Positions 7,593 through 17,714 of a stretch of DNA of 64,000 bases are shown piece after piece. Below the pieces are notes generated by a model, which saw only the letters and a list, made by a program, of their open reading frames with translations, ran no database searches and was not told the DNA's origin. Numbering within the stretch: the stretch's first letter is position 1; every line of letters starts with the position of its first letter. The position numbers and the translations under genes were made by a program. Location of the stretch: positions 1-64,000 of the IMG/VR virus record IMGVR_UViG_3300011116_000655, one strand, 5' to 3'. The stretch is from a virus.

Positions 7593-7760
7593 TTATTCTT
7601 CGTTTCGGTTGGTGCTTCTGCACTCGTTACGATTTGCTTCCTTTCGACGGTCTTTGAATCGCTTGGAGGAACCACGCCACATAGCGGGAGTACCACCTCT
7701 TTCAAAGTGTTCACGACGAGCAGAAGCCTTTTCCATATGCCTAGTCTTAACTGGTTCCAT
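7593..7760 (-). CDS. Small Arg-rich protein (55 aa, below cutoff), probably leaderless
   Basis: ATG 6 nt after TTGACA-N17-TATGAT; MEPVKTRHMEKASARREHF...FKDRRKEANRNECR. Confidence 0.55.
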   Translation of the reverse strand: MEPVKTRHMEKASARREHFERGGTPAMWRGSSKRFKDRRKEANRNECRSTNRNEE

Positions 7761-7796
7761 ACTTCTATCATAACCCTTCCGTTTATGGTGTCAAGA

Positions 7797-8117
7797 TCAA
7801 ACTTTATTCAAATCGCTTTCGTATTCCCATCTGTACTTTTCTACTCCATGCCAAAAAACACGGCATATTGATGTTTTTACTACTTGCTTGTTCTTATCTA
7901 CTTTCATCTTATACGATACATATTCTGGGTCAAGGTCAGAATCGTATTCAAACACAACATTTTTTTCATGAGGATAAAGGAAAAGTTCTGTCAAAATTTC
8001 AACAATTGTACCTACTCCCAATTCTTCGGGGCTTTCAGTATAACGTGGTGGCCTCATGTTCTTTCTTTTCTTTAGGCACACTACGTCACCAATAGATACA
8101 AACTCCTTTTTGGACAA
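7797..8117 (-). CDS. 'IGDVV' SH3-like hypothetical protein
   Basis: ORF; ACTATTTA motif at 8143-8150 upstream. Confidence 0.6.
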   Translation of the reverse strand: MSKKEFVSIGDVVCLKKRKNMRPPRYTESPEELGVGTIVEILTELFLYPHEKNVVFEYDSDLDPEYVSYKMKVDKNKQVVKTSICRVFWHGVEKYRWEYESDLNKV

Positions 8118-8150
8118 GACATATTTACCTCTACCATATTAGTAAATAGT

Positions 8151-8333
8151 CTATGCATCCCCAATAGGTTTCATCTGCTTTGTAACATAATCGTCAACAG
8201 CAATTTGAATTTCTTTCATAAGAGCTTTTTCACTTTCTCTTACTTCATCAAGATAATCCCACAACATATCATTTTCTTCTTGCAATTCTTTTACAAGTTC
8301 TTCAAGTTGTTTGATTTTCTTATCTTTATCCAT
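8151..8333 (-). CDS. Small coiled-coil protein
   Basis: Heptad-like pattern; coupled start. Confidence 0.6.
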   Translation of the reverse strand: MDKDKKIKQLEELVKELQEENDMLWDYLDEVRESEKALMKEIQIAVDDYVTKQMKPIGDA

Positions 8334-9169
8334 TAGTGCTGGCCTGTGTATTTTATCCTTATGTTTCTTCCACCTTTTCTGAATCTTCCAGTTGGTTCGC
8401 GAAGTCCAAAATTAGCAATCATAGTTTCAATGTTTTTCTTATCGTCGTCAGAGAAACCAATTTTTATCTTGGTTCCTTTAACAGCATGTTTTTTTACTCT
8501 TTTTGCTTCTTTGTTGACGTATTCAATAAAGTTATTTAATGCTTCAACTTTTAATTTTTCTGGCGAAGCAGCACTACCTTGACCAAACGAAACAGGTTCA
8601 AACTTACACATCCCAAGATAATCATCTATTAATTGATCTTCATTGTCTGTTGTTTGAACGTTGAATAGTTGTTTGTATTTTTTGATACTTTCCAAAACTT
8701 TAACTGTGCTTATTCCACCGAATCCAGATTGTATGTATCTTTTACAAGCTTGTTTAAGTGTATCTGGGTGGTGTCCTCTTGCAGTAATAATAGCAAAAAT
8801 TGATGCTCCTTCAACACATTCTTTAAAATCATTAAAAGATGGACCTATTTCTGCTTGTGGTAAATCATTTAAAAATTGTTGATCTCCTTCAACTCTAAAA
8901 TTTCTAAAAGGATTTGGAGCATAATCTTTTATTTTATGTCCTTCATAATCAAATTCTTCTTTTCCAATTAAATGTCTGTATTGTGCAAATGCATGTGTTG
9001 ACATACCAACTTCTTCACCATTTACATCAACAAGCATAATCTTTGTAGGCATGAATACTATGTTATCATCCCAATCAAATGCATAGTATTTTAGATCTGG
9101 TGTTCCTTCTTCGGTAAAACCTTCGTTGACGAAACCTCTCCAGTTTTTTAAGATACCTTCCATTATCAT
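8333..9169 (-). CDS. HAD-superfamily phosphatase-like protein
   Basis: Motif I FDWDDN, motif II ITARG, motif III K, motif IV GFSDDD; N-terminal 'NWRGFVNE' tag. Confidence 0.7.
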   Translation of the reverse strand: MIMEGILKNWRGFVNEGFTEEGTPDLKYYAFDWDDNIVFMPTKIMLVDVNGEEVGMSTHAFAQYRHLIGKEEFDYEGHKIKDYAPNPFRNFRVEGDQQFLNDLPQAEIGPSFNDFKECVEGASIFAIITARGHHPDTLKQACKRYIQSGFGGISTVKVLESIKKYKQLFNVQTTDNEDQLIDDYLGMCKFEPVSFGQGSAASPEKLKVEALNNFIEYVNKEAKRVKKHAVKGTKIKIGFSDDDKKNIETMIANFGLREPTGRFRKGGRNIRIKYTGQH

Positions 9170-12100
9170 TTTTTAATGTTCCTTAATAAACGTTTAAATC
9201 TTTCGTTAATAACTAGTCTCTTAGTTTTGTTTTCGGGCAATCTTTGATCTTTATACATTGGATTACCAGAAAACAATGGTCCTTCTGCTGGTGGTACAAG
9301 TGGTTGTTTTTCGTTTGGTGATGCAACAGAGGCTTGAATTCCTTGTGCAACTCTTTGTCTTTGTCTATCGTAAATAGAAACTACTTCTCCAGGTTGTACC
9401 GATAATTTTTCTTTTACTGTTTTATTAACTGCATCAGAACAAATCTTAATCATCTTTTGATAATTTTCTTCTTTACCTATTTTTTCAATAAAGTTTGTAG
9501 CATTAATTATCTGTTGTTCAGTTGTAAAGTTTTGGCTAATTTTAGCAGTTATTTTTGCTCTAACATTAAGATAATCTGCACCTTCTAATGCTCTTTGTAC
9601 ATCTGGTTCAATAACCATAATTCTAATTTCAAAACCTTCGTCTACTTGTGGTGTAATGTCTACGTTTTTTGTTTTTAATGGGTCTGGAGTTTGTACGCTT
9701 ATACCTTGTGGAGATCTGTTGTATGCATTTAAAATGTCTCTTTCTGCTCTCGATATGTTAATGGTAGAAAAGAGAGGTTTTTGTTTATTATCATATCGAT
9801 TAGCATTTAGGTTACTATCTCCAAATTCTTTATCAAATTCTTTATGTAACTCAAAAACATCAATAGTTCTCATTGTATCTACGATTTGCCTAATCATATC
9901 TCTTTTAAGTGCAAAATCTGAAATATGTACTCTTGCTGTGTTTACTGTTGTTGCTGGTTGCTCTTGGCTTGGTTTTGGTGTAGGAATTTTAGCTACAATA
10001 GGATAATTTGTTTCTACTGTTTCTCTTGCAGGATTCTCAACAATAATAAATTGGTCCCACTTACCTTCATCTGATTCAAGCCAAGCAGCATGACTTCCTG
10101 TAGATGATAAATCTTCTACAAATTTTTGAATCATATCTTGTACTTCTGGTTTTGAAATTGGTGGTTGGACAATAATACCAATGTTTCTAAAATGATTTAC
10201 AAATGCATCCCTAATGTCGTCTGTATAATCTAATTTATTTAATGATTCTCTTGCACCAACTAAATGCATTTCTATTGCACCAGAAGATGCGTGAGTATCC
10301 ATTATTAAAATTTGTATGTAGATTTGTGGTCCATTAAATAATTGAACATTTACATCAATTTCAGAAGAAGTAAATGCTGCTCTATCATCAACATTTCTCA
10401 ACATTGAATCAAATAAATACTTGAATTTTTCTACTACTTCTTGTTTTAAATACTCCGTTCCAAACACTTCATTCATTCTATCTTGATTAAATTGTATACC
10501 ATCATCTCTACGGTCAATTTGTATTTCAATAGTAATTTGTGAGGTTATTACATCGATTTCAAAATCATCATCGTCACATCGAACGTCTACAGTAACAGTT
10601 GCAAAATTGGCTCTTCTATCGAAGTATGACACTATCTGGTCTACATCATCTATAGCTGTTCTACAGGGCGCAGTTGCTTCATCTTGATCTTCATGACCTG
10701 TATAAGAAAGACCATAACTACTAAAACTGGCCTCCAAATTATCAACCGTTGCACTTAAATAATCTTTTTCTTCATTAGATTGAGAAATAAGTTTTGAAGC
10801 TTTGTCGATAGTTCTAATTAAACTCATACCAAGACCACGCATACCAGAATCACTATAAGAACCACCTCTTAGTTCAAGAGAATCTGCTTCATATGGTATG
10901 TAAAATTTTCCTTCATCATACTTTGCTTGTGGATCATTCATAAGTATTTTTGCTGTTTGTTGTGTTACCCACTTATTGACTGTATCAACAAATGAAACTT
11001 TGGCTTTACCATAAGTTCTTGTTTCTGGAGCCATGAAGTCAACATTTGTTTGATTATCAACAACTCTTCTAAGTCTCATTCTTGCTTCTGGTACAATACC
11101 TTGAATACCTCTTTGTGGGTCTGCGAAGATTTCTGTTGCATTTAAATCAACTTTATTTATGTCCTCAGTATTTACCAAATAAGCAATTGCTCCTTGGTTT
11201 CTGGCTTCTGCGAGGGCACAGTAAAAGTATTCACCACCTTCACGATGGCAAGAAGTCATACCTTTTGAAGCAAAGTCAGACATTCTAAGTACGTCGATAG
11301 GGGCACGAGAAATAAGAATTGATAAACTATTTGCTTGTGTATCTGTAACCTCGTTGAATCTTTGTTTAAGGTAATCTAACTCTTCATCTGCTTGAAACCA
11401 ATCCTTTTCTATCAATTCTTTAGCACCTTCAACAGCATCTTTGTCTTGTGAAAACTTTAATTGATTTTGTTGCCACCAATCAAAAAGTTCTTTTTCTTTA
11501 AACTTTTGTAATACTTGGCCTATTGTTGCTGTATAGCTTTTAACTGTGAAAGAACCATTGCCCCACCTGTCTGGATTTTCTTGTAAGAATTTTTCAATAA
11601 ATTCTTGCCCCATCATTGGATTGAGTGGTGTTTTAACTGTGTATTCAATTACAGGTTCATAATAAGTAACATCTTTTTCTTGAGGAGGACCACCACCAAG
11701 AGGAGTGAATTTTTGTTTAACAACATTTTGTCTTATGTTCAATGTATCAACGTTAAGAACTGGATAATTAAGCATACCATAACTATTCTTCATGTAAGAA
11801 GGTATTTTTTTTAAAAATTCTTCTGATTCTGCTTGTGACAGTTTACTAAAATCAAAATTTGGATCTTTGGTAAGGGATTTAAAAAGTCTTGTTCTATAAG
11901 CTCCTATTTTTTCAGTTGATTTTACATCTTGAAACAATAAGCTGGCACAAACTCTAATAAGTGCCGCAAGCTTTATCATTTTTGATTCATCATAAGGAAT
12001 AACTATTCTATCCCCTTGGTCACCAAAAAACAATTTAAAGTTATCATTTTTTCTTTCGGTAGCGGCAATAACAGCAGGCATGACGGCATTTATCCATCGC

Positions 12101-12204
12101 TGATTCATTTCCTTTAATAGTTTTTTGTTCTTAGTTTCTTTTTTTGATAAATCAGTTTGAGAAATCCATTTCTGCCAGTTATAATGGCTTGTACCTTTAG
12201 ACAT
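9166..12204 (-). CDS. 1012-aa protein, paralog of the neighbour, possibly virion-internal
   Basis: Shared core ISRAPIDVLRMSDF...SCH..GG.YFYCALAEA.N.GAIA. Confidence 0.75.
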   Translation of the reverse strand: MSKGTSHYNWQKWISQTDLSKKETKNKKLLKEMNQRWINAVMPAVIAATERKNDNFKLFFGDQGDRIVIPYDESKMIKLAALIRVCASLLFQDVKSTEKIGAYRTRLFKSLTKDPNFDFSKLSQAESEEFLKKIPSYMKNSYGMLNYPVLNVDTLNIRQNVVKQKFTPLGGGPPQEKDVTYYEPVIEYTVKTPLNPMMGQEFIEKFLQENPDRWGNGSFTVKSYTATIGQVLQKFKEKELFDWWQQNQLKFSQDKDAVEGAKELIEKDWFQADEELDYLKQRFNEVTDTQANSLSILISRAPIDVLRMSDFASKGMTSCHREGGEYFYCALAEARNQGAIAYLVNTEDINKVDLNATEIFADPQRGIQGIVPEARMRLRRVVDNQTNVDFMAPETRTYGKAKVSFVDTVNKWVTQQTAKILMNDPQAKYDEGKFYIPYEADSLELRGGSYSDSGMRGLGMSLIRTIDKASKLISQSNEEKDYLSATVDNLEASFSSYGLSYTGHEDQDEATAPCRTAIDDVDQIVSYFDRRANFATVTVDVRCDDDDFEIDVITSQITIEIQIDRRDDGIQFNQDRMNEVFGTEYLKQEVVEKFKYLFDSMLRNVDDRAAFTSSEIDVNVQLFNGPQIYIQILIMDTHASSGAIEMHLVGARESLNKLDYTDDIRDAFVNHFRNIGIIVQPPISKPEVQDMIQKFVEDLSSTGSHAAWLESDEGKWDQFIIVENPARETVETNYPIVAKIPTPKPSQEQPATTVNTARVHISDFALKRDMIRQIVDTMRTIDVFELHKEFDKEFGDSNLNANRYDNKQKPLFSTINISRAERDILNAYNRSPQGISVQTPDPLKTKNVDITPQVDEGFEIRIMVIEPDVQRALEGADYLNVRAKITAKISQNFTTEQQIINATNFIEKIGKEENYQKMIKICSDAVNKTVKEKLSVQPGEVVSIYDRQRQRVAQGIQASVASPNEKQPLVPPAEGPLFSGNPMYKDQRLPENKTKRLVINERFKRLLRNIKK

Positions 12205-14948
12205 TATTTTCTTCCTTTATTCTTCTTATACCAATTCAACAGTCTTTCTTTAATAATTCTTTTCTTTGCTTCTGTCAAATTTGTTTCAGATTTTTGTTGT
12301 TCTTCTTGTTCTGCTTCGTATCTTGTTTGGTAACCTCTTTGCTCTGGGGTACTTTGCATTGTATTTGGATTTTTACCTATTTCTCTTCTTACAATTTCAG
12401 AAATTGCGTTTGCAACAGTTTGTGGATTTTGTTCCAATCCCTCAATAAATGTTGCCATTTGTTGTACTGAAATTTTATCTATGTCAAAGTGTATTTTTAC
12501 TTCAGCATAAAGCCAATCTGTTTTATCTGATCGGTCGTAACCATAACCAAGTGTGCCTTCTTTATAGCGGTCAACAAGAAGATTAATTTGAAAAGTAATT
12601 CCATCTTTTAATGAATAGTTTGATGATTCTAATGATGTACTAAATGTGCCAATCCCTTGACTTGTACCACTATGTTTTTTAAAAGGAAAATCAAATTGTT
12701 GTTGTGTTGCAGATGGAAATTTTATTCTACCAGCTTCATCTTGAGATTCAAAACTTTGTGATACACCTAATGTTTGGCTTTGAAGTAATGGTCTAAAATA
12801 CTTATTAAAAATTGGGTCATTTAATAAATCATCAGCAATACGAATTGCAAAAGAAACCGCATAACCTTTAAATGCTTCTGATTGGCTTTGTGTAAGTTTA
12901 GCTATTAACCAGCTTCTCTTACCATAGTTTGTGTAAGCATCACCAGAAGATGATCTTCTCTTATCTGGCATAAAATCAAGGTCAATAATCTTGCCTCTTT
13001 GTTGTGCTACGAAATGCTCTGTATTTTCGTTTGTCCATCTTATTAAAGTGGTACGTTTTTGTGCTTCTGTTTCTATGTCAGTTGATTTCATGTATCCTGC
13101 TTCAACTAAAATGCTTACTATTTCACCCTCTAATTCTTCTTTGGAGTGTTCACGGGCAAAACGAGCAAGATCTTGCATTTCGACTCTGAAGTTGTCTGCA
13201 TCTGTATGATCATTTACATAGTGTAAGTCGATAGTTACAACGCCACTTGATTTTGTAACAAAAACTTCTTGTAGTGGAGCATCTGGATAAACCAAATTTC
13301 CACCAGAATCTCTGAATAATTCTTTCAACAATTCATCTAAGTTTTGTTCTCTTTCGTTCAAAAAGGTTTCAGTAAATTCACTTTCATCAAATTTTACTTT
13401 GAAAGAAACATCAAGGTTCATATCAGCATAACCTTCACCATACTGCCATTCAAAATTACAGGAGTGAGATAAATAACTGTTTACTACCGCACGAACACCT
13501 CTTAAGTATTCGTTTTCTGCTTCTTCTCTGGCAAATTCATCTTCATCATCATCGTCGTCACCTGTGTATTGTTTGTATTCTCTTTCTCTACCAGCATACT
13601 TAGGTCTATTATAGCCTGCTAATTGTTTAAATAATTCTTGTTGTTCTTCGGTTGGTTCTACACTTTCTTCTTTTTGTATTTGCTTAAACATTTGAAGTAG
13701 AGATTGACCAATAGGATTATCAAAATAAGAACCACCAAGAGTACTTAAATTATCAAAACGAGATGTAATGTTCAATTCTTTTGTACCATCATCGTTTGTT
13801 TTTACAAGAAGATCTTTTTGCATTTCGGTAACTGCTTTAAATACTTCTTGTTGAAAACCATTAAGTCTTTGGCTTGGATAAGTTCTTTTTTCTGGTACGC
13901 CAATAATAGTATCTTTATCATTATCTTTGAGTGCCCTAATACGAACTCTTTGTAGTGGTGTAATACCTTCAACCCCTTCTTGTTGATCAGCAAAGACTTC
14001 TGGTTTATTTAAGTCAAGACCTTGTAAATCTTCTGTTCGTACAGCAAACGCAATAGCACCTTCATTCTGTGCTTCTGCAAGGGCACAATAAAAATAGCTT
14101 CCACCAGATGAATGACAAGATTCTATGTCTTCTTCTGGGAAGTCTGACATTCTTAATACATCAATAGGGGCACGGGAAAGAACAATAGAATAATCATTGT
14201 TTTTTTCGCCTAATGTGGAATCATCTTCTGTTCCAAATTCTGTCCAACTACCATTTGTAAATCTGGTATTTCCTAATGTTGTTGCAAACTTAATAAGTTC
14301 TACGTCTTGAATAAGTTTTGATTGGTTTTTCTGCCACCAATCTGCCATTTTAGTTATTACATCAATTCTTTGTTTGGCATTTACTATTCTGGATTCATTT
14401 AACTCAATGTCCCACTTCATTGATTGTTTTTTAGACTCTTCGGTTTCTGAATCTCTTGCAGCGTTCAAAGCAGCTAATTTTGTTTCATGCTCTCGTAATT
14501 CTTGTTTTGTTACTACACCCAATTTTCTTAATGCATTTGCAACTGTTGTACTTGATTGCTTTAGTTGGTACTCGTAAGTTTTAGGATTTTGGATAGATTG
14601 TGTATAGGTTACAACAAAGTCAGCTATTTCTTGTGTTGTGTCTCTACCAGCTACTTTTGCTCTTACTTGTTTTACTTGATCTGTAATTTCTACACTTGTA
14701 CCCGCTGGTTGCATGTTATAAATAAAATCAAGTATTGTTTGTACTTTACCAATGTTTTTCTGAATAAATGGTATAGCAACTCTTAATTTATCACCAAAAA
14801 TGTCACTAAATGGTAATACTGATGGGTTCCTTGTAGCAACTTGGGTAGCATTATTAATCAATCTTCTGTAATGTTGCTCCATTTCGTTGATTTTTTGCTT
14901 GCCAACGAAATCTTTCCAATTGCCATAAAATAAATTTTTGTTGCTCAT
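12204..14948 (-). CDS. ~914-aa protein, paralog of the neighbour, possibly virion-internal
   Basis: Start reassigned to MSNKNL (AAGGA RBS, ACTAATTA upstream); same conserved core. Confidence 0.75.
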   Translation of the reverse strand: MSNKNLFYGNWKDFVGKQKINEMEQHYRRLINNATQVATRNPSVLPFSDIFGDKLRVAIPFIQKNIGKVQTILDFIYNMQPAGTSVEITDQVKQVRAKVAGRDTTQEIADFVVTYTQSIQNPKTYEYQLKQSSTTVANALRKLGVVTKQELREHETKLAALNAARDSETEESKKQSMKWDIELNESRIVNAKQRIDVITKMADWWQKNQSKLIQDVELIKFATTLGNTRFTNGSWTEFGTEDDSTLGEKNNDYSIVLSRAPIDVLRMSDFPEEDIESCHSSGGSYFYCALAEAQNEGAIAFAVRTEDLQGLDLNKPEVFADQQEGVEGITPLQRVRIRALKDNDKDTIIGVPEKRTYPSQRLNGFQQEVFKAVTEMQKDLLVKTNDDGTKELNITSRFDNLSTLGGSYFDNPIGQSLLQMFKQIQKEESVEPTEEQQELFKQLAGYNRPKYAGREREYKQYTGDDDDDEDEFAREEAENEYLRGVRAVVNSYLSHSCNFEWQYGEGYADMNLDVSFKVKFDESEFTETFLNEREQNLDELLKELFRDSGGNLVYPDAPLQEVFVTKSSGVVTIDLHYVNDHTDADNFRVEMQDLARFAREHSKEELEGEIVSILVEAGYMKSTDIETEAQKRTTLIRWTNENTEHFVAQQRGKIIDLDFMPDKRRSSSGDAYTNYGKRSWLIAKLTQSQSEAFKGYAVSFAIRIADDLLNDPIFNKYFRPLLQSQTLGVSQSFESQDEAGRIKFPSATQQQFDFPFKKHSGTSQGIGTFSTSLESSNYSLKDGITFQINLLVDRYKEGTLGYGYDRSDKTDWLYAEVKIHFDIDKISVQQMATFIEGLEQNPQTVANAISEIVRREIGKNPNTMQSTPEQRGYQTRYEAEQEEQQKSETNLTEAKKRIIKERLLNWYKKNKGRK

Positions 14949-14988
14949 TGTGTTTTCCTTATCGCAAGTAATTAGTTTTAGATACAAG

Positions 14989-15018
14989 AAAACCGCCAAG
15001 ACTTAACATCTTGGCGGC
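14989..15018 (-). terminator. Intrinsic terminator
   Basis: CCGCCAAGA/TCTTGGCGG stem followed by TTTTCTT. Confidence 0.75.
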
Positions 15019-15037
15019 TTATTTTATGTCTTTTAGA

Positions 15038-15409
15038 CTAATTAACAGTTATTGTAGTTGCAGTATCCGATGGTCTTGAAACTGTAACCTTAACAGTCAA
15101 TACCCCATCAACATAGTCAGCAGTAGATTCACCGACCTCTACACGACCCATACTAAAATTATAGGTAAATGGCTTACATCGATAGCCTTCTGACCCTGCA
15201 TAAGAAACAGAAAGATTACCGTTCTTCATAACCCTTACACTAAACTTTGACTTATCCGCACCAGCAGCATCAATGGTAGCTGTATACAAATTATCCTTGA
15301 AAGTAAAATCTACATTATTGATGTAGTTTCTTGGTGGAGGATAAGTAGAAAGTAAGTCTCTCGTTAACATATCAAATGCGTTCATATTTAAGTTCTCCTT
15401 AAGGCTCAA
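15038..15409 (-). CDS. Small heat-shock protein (Hsp20/alpha-crystallin family)
   Basis: IDAAGADK...F...ADYVDGVLTVKV. Confidence 0.8.
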   Translation of the reverse strand: MSLKENLNMNAFDMLTRDLLSTYPPPRNYINNVDFTFKDNLYTATIDAAGADKSKFSVRVMKNGNLSVSYAGSEGYRCKPFTYNFSMGRVEVGESTADYVDGVLTVKVTVSRPSDTATTITVN

Positions 15410-15693
15410 CCAGCCTCACGCATATTCATAAACACCATTGAAGAACCGTCAACTGCTTCCTCAAGATTTTCATTTAGAAAATTACGAAGTGCCTTAGCCT
15501 CACGAATAGTAAGGTGGAATGTGCTTTCACTACGCCCATCGGGAATAGTTACAGATACACGGTTTGAGAGCCTACGCTTGCTAGTGTTATTACGAACAAT
15601 ACGAACACCAAAGCTTGAATACGAACGGTTTACATCAACATCGATGTTATCCTCAATGTCGGTAGTCTCGATAGCGTTACGGGCAAATGTCAT
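15406..15693 (-). CDS. Hypothetical protein, possibly nucleic-acid binding
   Basis: Beta-rich N-terminus followed by helix LTIREAKALRNFL. Confidence 0.6.
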   Translation of the reverse strand: MTFARNAIETTDIEDNIDVDVNRSYSSFGVRIVRNNTSKRRLSNRVSVTIPDGRSESTFHLTIREAKALRNFLNENLEEAVDGSSMVFMNMREAG

Positions 15694-16073
15694 TCTGACT
15701 CCTTTGTGTTTTCTACACGGTTATAATCATCTTCAAGGCGCACAACATCATCAAGTTGTGGGGTAGATACTTCCATTAGGTCAACAGGATAAAACCCTGC
15801 TGCAAAACGGTGAATCTGATTTGGCATGATGTGGAAGGCTTCTCCATAGTGGAGAGTGATCTTCTTTGTCTCTGTATCATCCTGTGAGCGTTTCGTCCAT
15901 ACGATTGCTTCCTCTGAGAGACAATAGATAGTCTCCATCTTCTGCGTATGGTATTGCAACGATAGTCGTTTTCCTGGGTTAATGTGAAGATGCTTAAAAG
16001 CATAACTCTCATTCACTTGAATAATCTCTTCGTATCCCCAAGGTTTATCTACTCTTTCTTTAACGCATTTCAT
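15690..16073 (-). CDS. Cupin, mannose-6-phosphate isomerase C-terminal-like
   Basis: KPWG, RLSLQYH, IHRF, EVSTPQLDDVVRLEDDY. Confidence 0.85.
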   Translation of the reverse strand: MKCVKERVDKPWGYEEIIQVNESYAFKHLHINPGKRLSLQYHTQKMETIYCLSEEAIVWTKRSQDDTETKKITLHYGEAFHIMPNQIHRFAAGFYPVDLMEVSTPQLDDVVRLEDDYNRVENTKESE

Positions 16074-16669
16074 CTAATAACTCCTTCACTCCAAAAGTGT
16101 TTGTTCTTTCTATCATCTGTTACAAAAGTTGCAACAATCCTTTCATCTTTAATTGAAAAAGTGTATGGCATAAGATTACCGTACTTCTTTTTCTTGCCTG
16201 CTGTTATGCCAGAAAGATAGTTAATGCAACCAGCATAGATTGTCTTATCATCATAACCTGCTTGGCGGTACTTATCAAGGTCTGTTGTGATGTAAGCCAA
16301 AACAGGCCAAACATTTTGATTACAACCCTTCACAGGATAGTGAGAACCAGAATAACGACCACCTCTGGTTTCAGAACCTGTCTCTGGAATAATACCCATC
16401 CATTGAGTTAGTTCTACAAATTGACATTCAAACTTTTCAATAGTGATTGGGATAAATGGGTCAAGCGTATTTTCATCAAGAATACGACGCCTTTCAGCAG
16501 CATCTTCATCTACATAAACAGGCTTATCATCTTCTTTCTGTTTAGATGCCTTAGTGATTCTTGGCTTACGCTCTTTTTTAGGTGTTTCCTCTTTTGCTTC
16601 TACTTTAACTTCTGCGACAGTTGTATCTTCTGTCTTTTTCTTTCTTGGAACGCCTTTAGGCCACGCCAT
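16070..16669 (-). CDS. Hypothetical protein with basic N-terminal tail
   Basis: MAWPKGVPRKKK...KKERKPR; AGGAG RBS. Confidence 0.7.
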   Translation of the reverse strand: MAWPKGVPRKKKTEDTTVAEVKVEAKEETPKKERKPRITKASKQKEDDKPVYVDEDAAERRRILDENTLDPFIPITIEKFECQFVELTQWMGIIPETGSETRGGRYSGSHYPVKGCNQNVWPVLAYITTDLDKYRQAGYDDKTIYAGCINYLSGITAGKKKKYGNLMPYTFSIKDERIVATFVTDDRKNKHFWSEGVIR

Positions 16670-16677
16670 AAATACTC

Positions 16678-16878
16678 CTATGGTTCATAAATGTATGTGG
16701 AAGTTACATGATTACCAGCAACAACAGCAATTACTTTTACATTAGTTTTAGAAAGCTTTAGTAGTCTAATTGCATCTTCAAGTGCCATTTTAGCATTGTG
16801 AGAGCCGTAAAATGTATTCAGATATGGTACGCTCTCAATCCCTTCCATACTCTGATATCCTATTACTGTCCAAAGCAT
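16678..16878 (-). CDS. Hypothetical protein
   Basis: ORF in operon. Confidence 0.55.
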   Translation of the reverse strand: MLWTVIGYQSMEGIESVPYLNTFYGSHNAKMALEDAIRLLKLSKTNVKVIAVVAGNHVTSTYIYEP

Positions 16879-16881
16879 CTG

Positions 16882-17169
16882 TCAACCCTTAAGAAGTGGT
16901 TTGATAGAATTCTGAATCTTCTCGTAAACAATCTCGATAGGACCAAGAACAGTAATGTCATAATTACCATTAGAGCCACCACGCATAGTAACCCTAGTAA
17001 AATGCATGTTACGTTCAATACCTAGATTACTAAGTTTACCCTCGTTTAGATAATTTGTAAACTTATTATCCTCTCGCACCATTACAACATGACTTGGATT
17101 TACAAAAACTGATCTAACAGAAAAATCATTAGCCATACTTTGCTCTACAATCTCAGTAAGTTTAACCAT
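16882..17169 (-). CDS. Hypothetical protein (FlbD-like pattern)
   Basis: MVKLT...VFVNPSHVVMV; GGAG RBS. Confidence 0.6.
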   Translation of the reverse strand: MVKLTEIVEQSMANDFSVRSVFVNPSHVVMVREDNKFTNYLNEGKLSNLGIERNMHFTRVTMRGGSNGNYDITVLGPIEIVYEKIQNSIKPLLKG

Positions 17170-17392
17170 TTAGTTCTCCGTATGTATAAATGTTAAGTTT
17201 ATCGGTATCCCAAACAATGTTGTCATTAGTCAACACTTTGATATGGGTGTAATTATCTTCTACAACCCATCCTATCTCGGGAGCTTTTGTTTGTCTATAG
17301 TTATCAGCAGAAGAAATCGATGGATGAAATAACTCGACAGAAGCTGGAATCTTTACAGGTTCACCTACTTCATACTTATTCTTTCGATACAT
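17162..17392 (-). CDS. SH3-like hypothetical protein
   Basis: YEVGEPV...GWVV. Confidence 0.6.
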   Translation of the reverse strand: MYRKNKYEVGEPVKIPASVELFHPSISSADNYRQTKAPEIGWVVEDNYTHIKVLTNDNIVWDTDKLNIYTYGELNG

Positions 17393-17714
17393 CTTCTTCC
17401 GTCTGTCTGTTACTACTGTATCGTGCCTTCATGTACCCGTCAAGGATAGATTGTGCATCATCTAACTTAAGATCTAATTTAGCTAAATCTCTTCTAAAGA
17501 AGTCTATGTCCTCTAATGCACCTTGGATGTTACCTTCACGAATTAAATCTATAATACCTTTGTACACTTCATCTAAAGATAAAGGAAATTTATCTGACAA
17601 ATGCTTAGAAACTTGATTTGGTACTTCATCAAGTTCTACTGTATAAGAAATTTTTACTTTCACGGATTCCTCACTATTTGAGTATAAGTAAATCCCATAG
17701 TTGTTTAGCGGCAA
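17376..17714 (-). CDS. Hypothetical protein (true start probably GTG near 17663)
   Basis: GAGG before VKVKISYTV. Confidence 0.6.
   Translation of the reverse strand: MPLNNYGIYLYSNSEESVKVKISYTVELDEVPNQVSKHLSDKFPLSLDEVYKGIIDLIREGNIQGALEDIDFFRRDLAKLDLKLDDAQSILDGYMKARYSSNRQTEEDVSKE

Noticed and set aside
7586-7771. Track ORF 7586-7771
   Set aside because: Its start overlaps the -10 hexamer; the alternative frame 7593-7760 fits the promoter better
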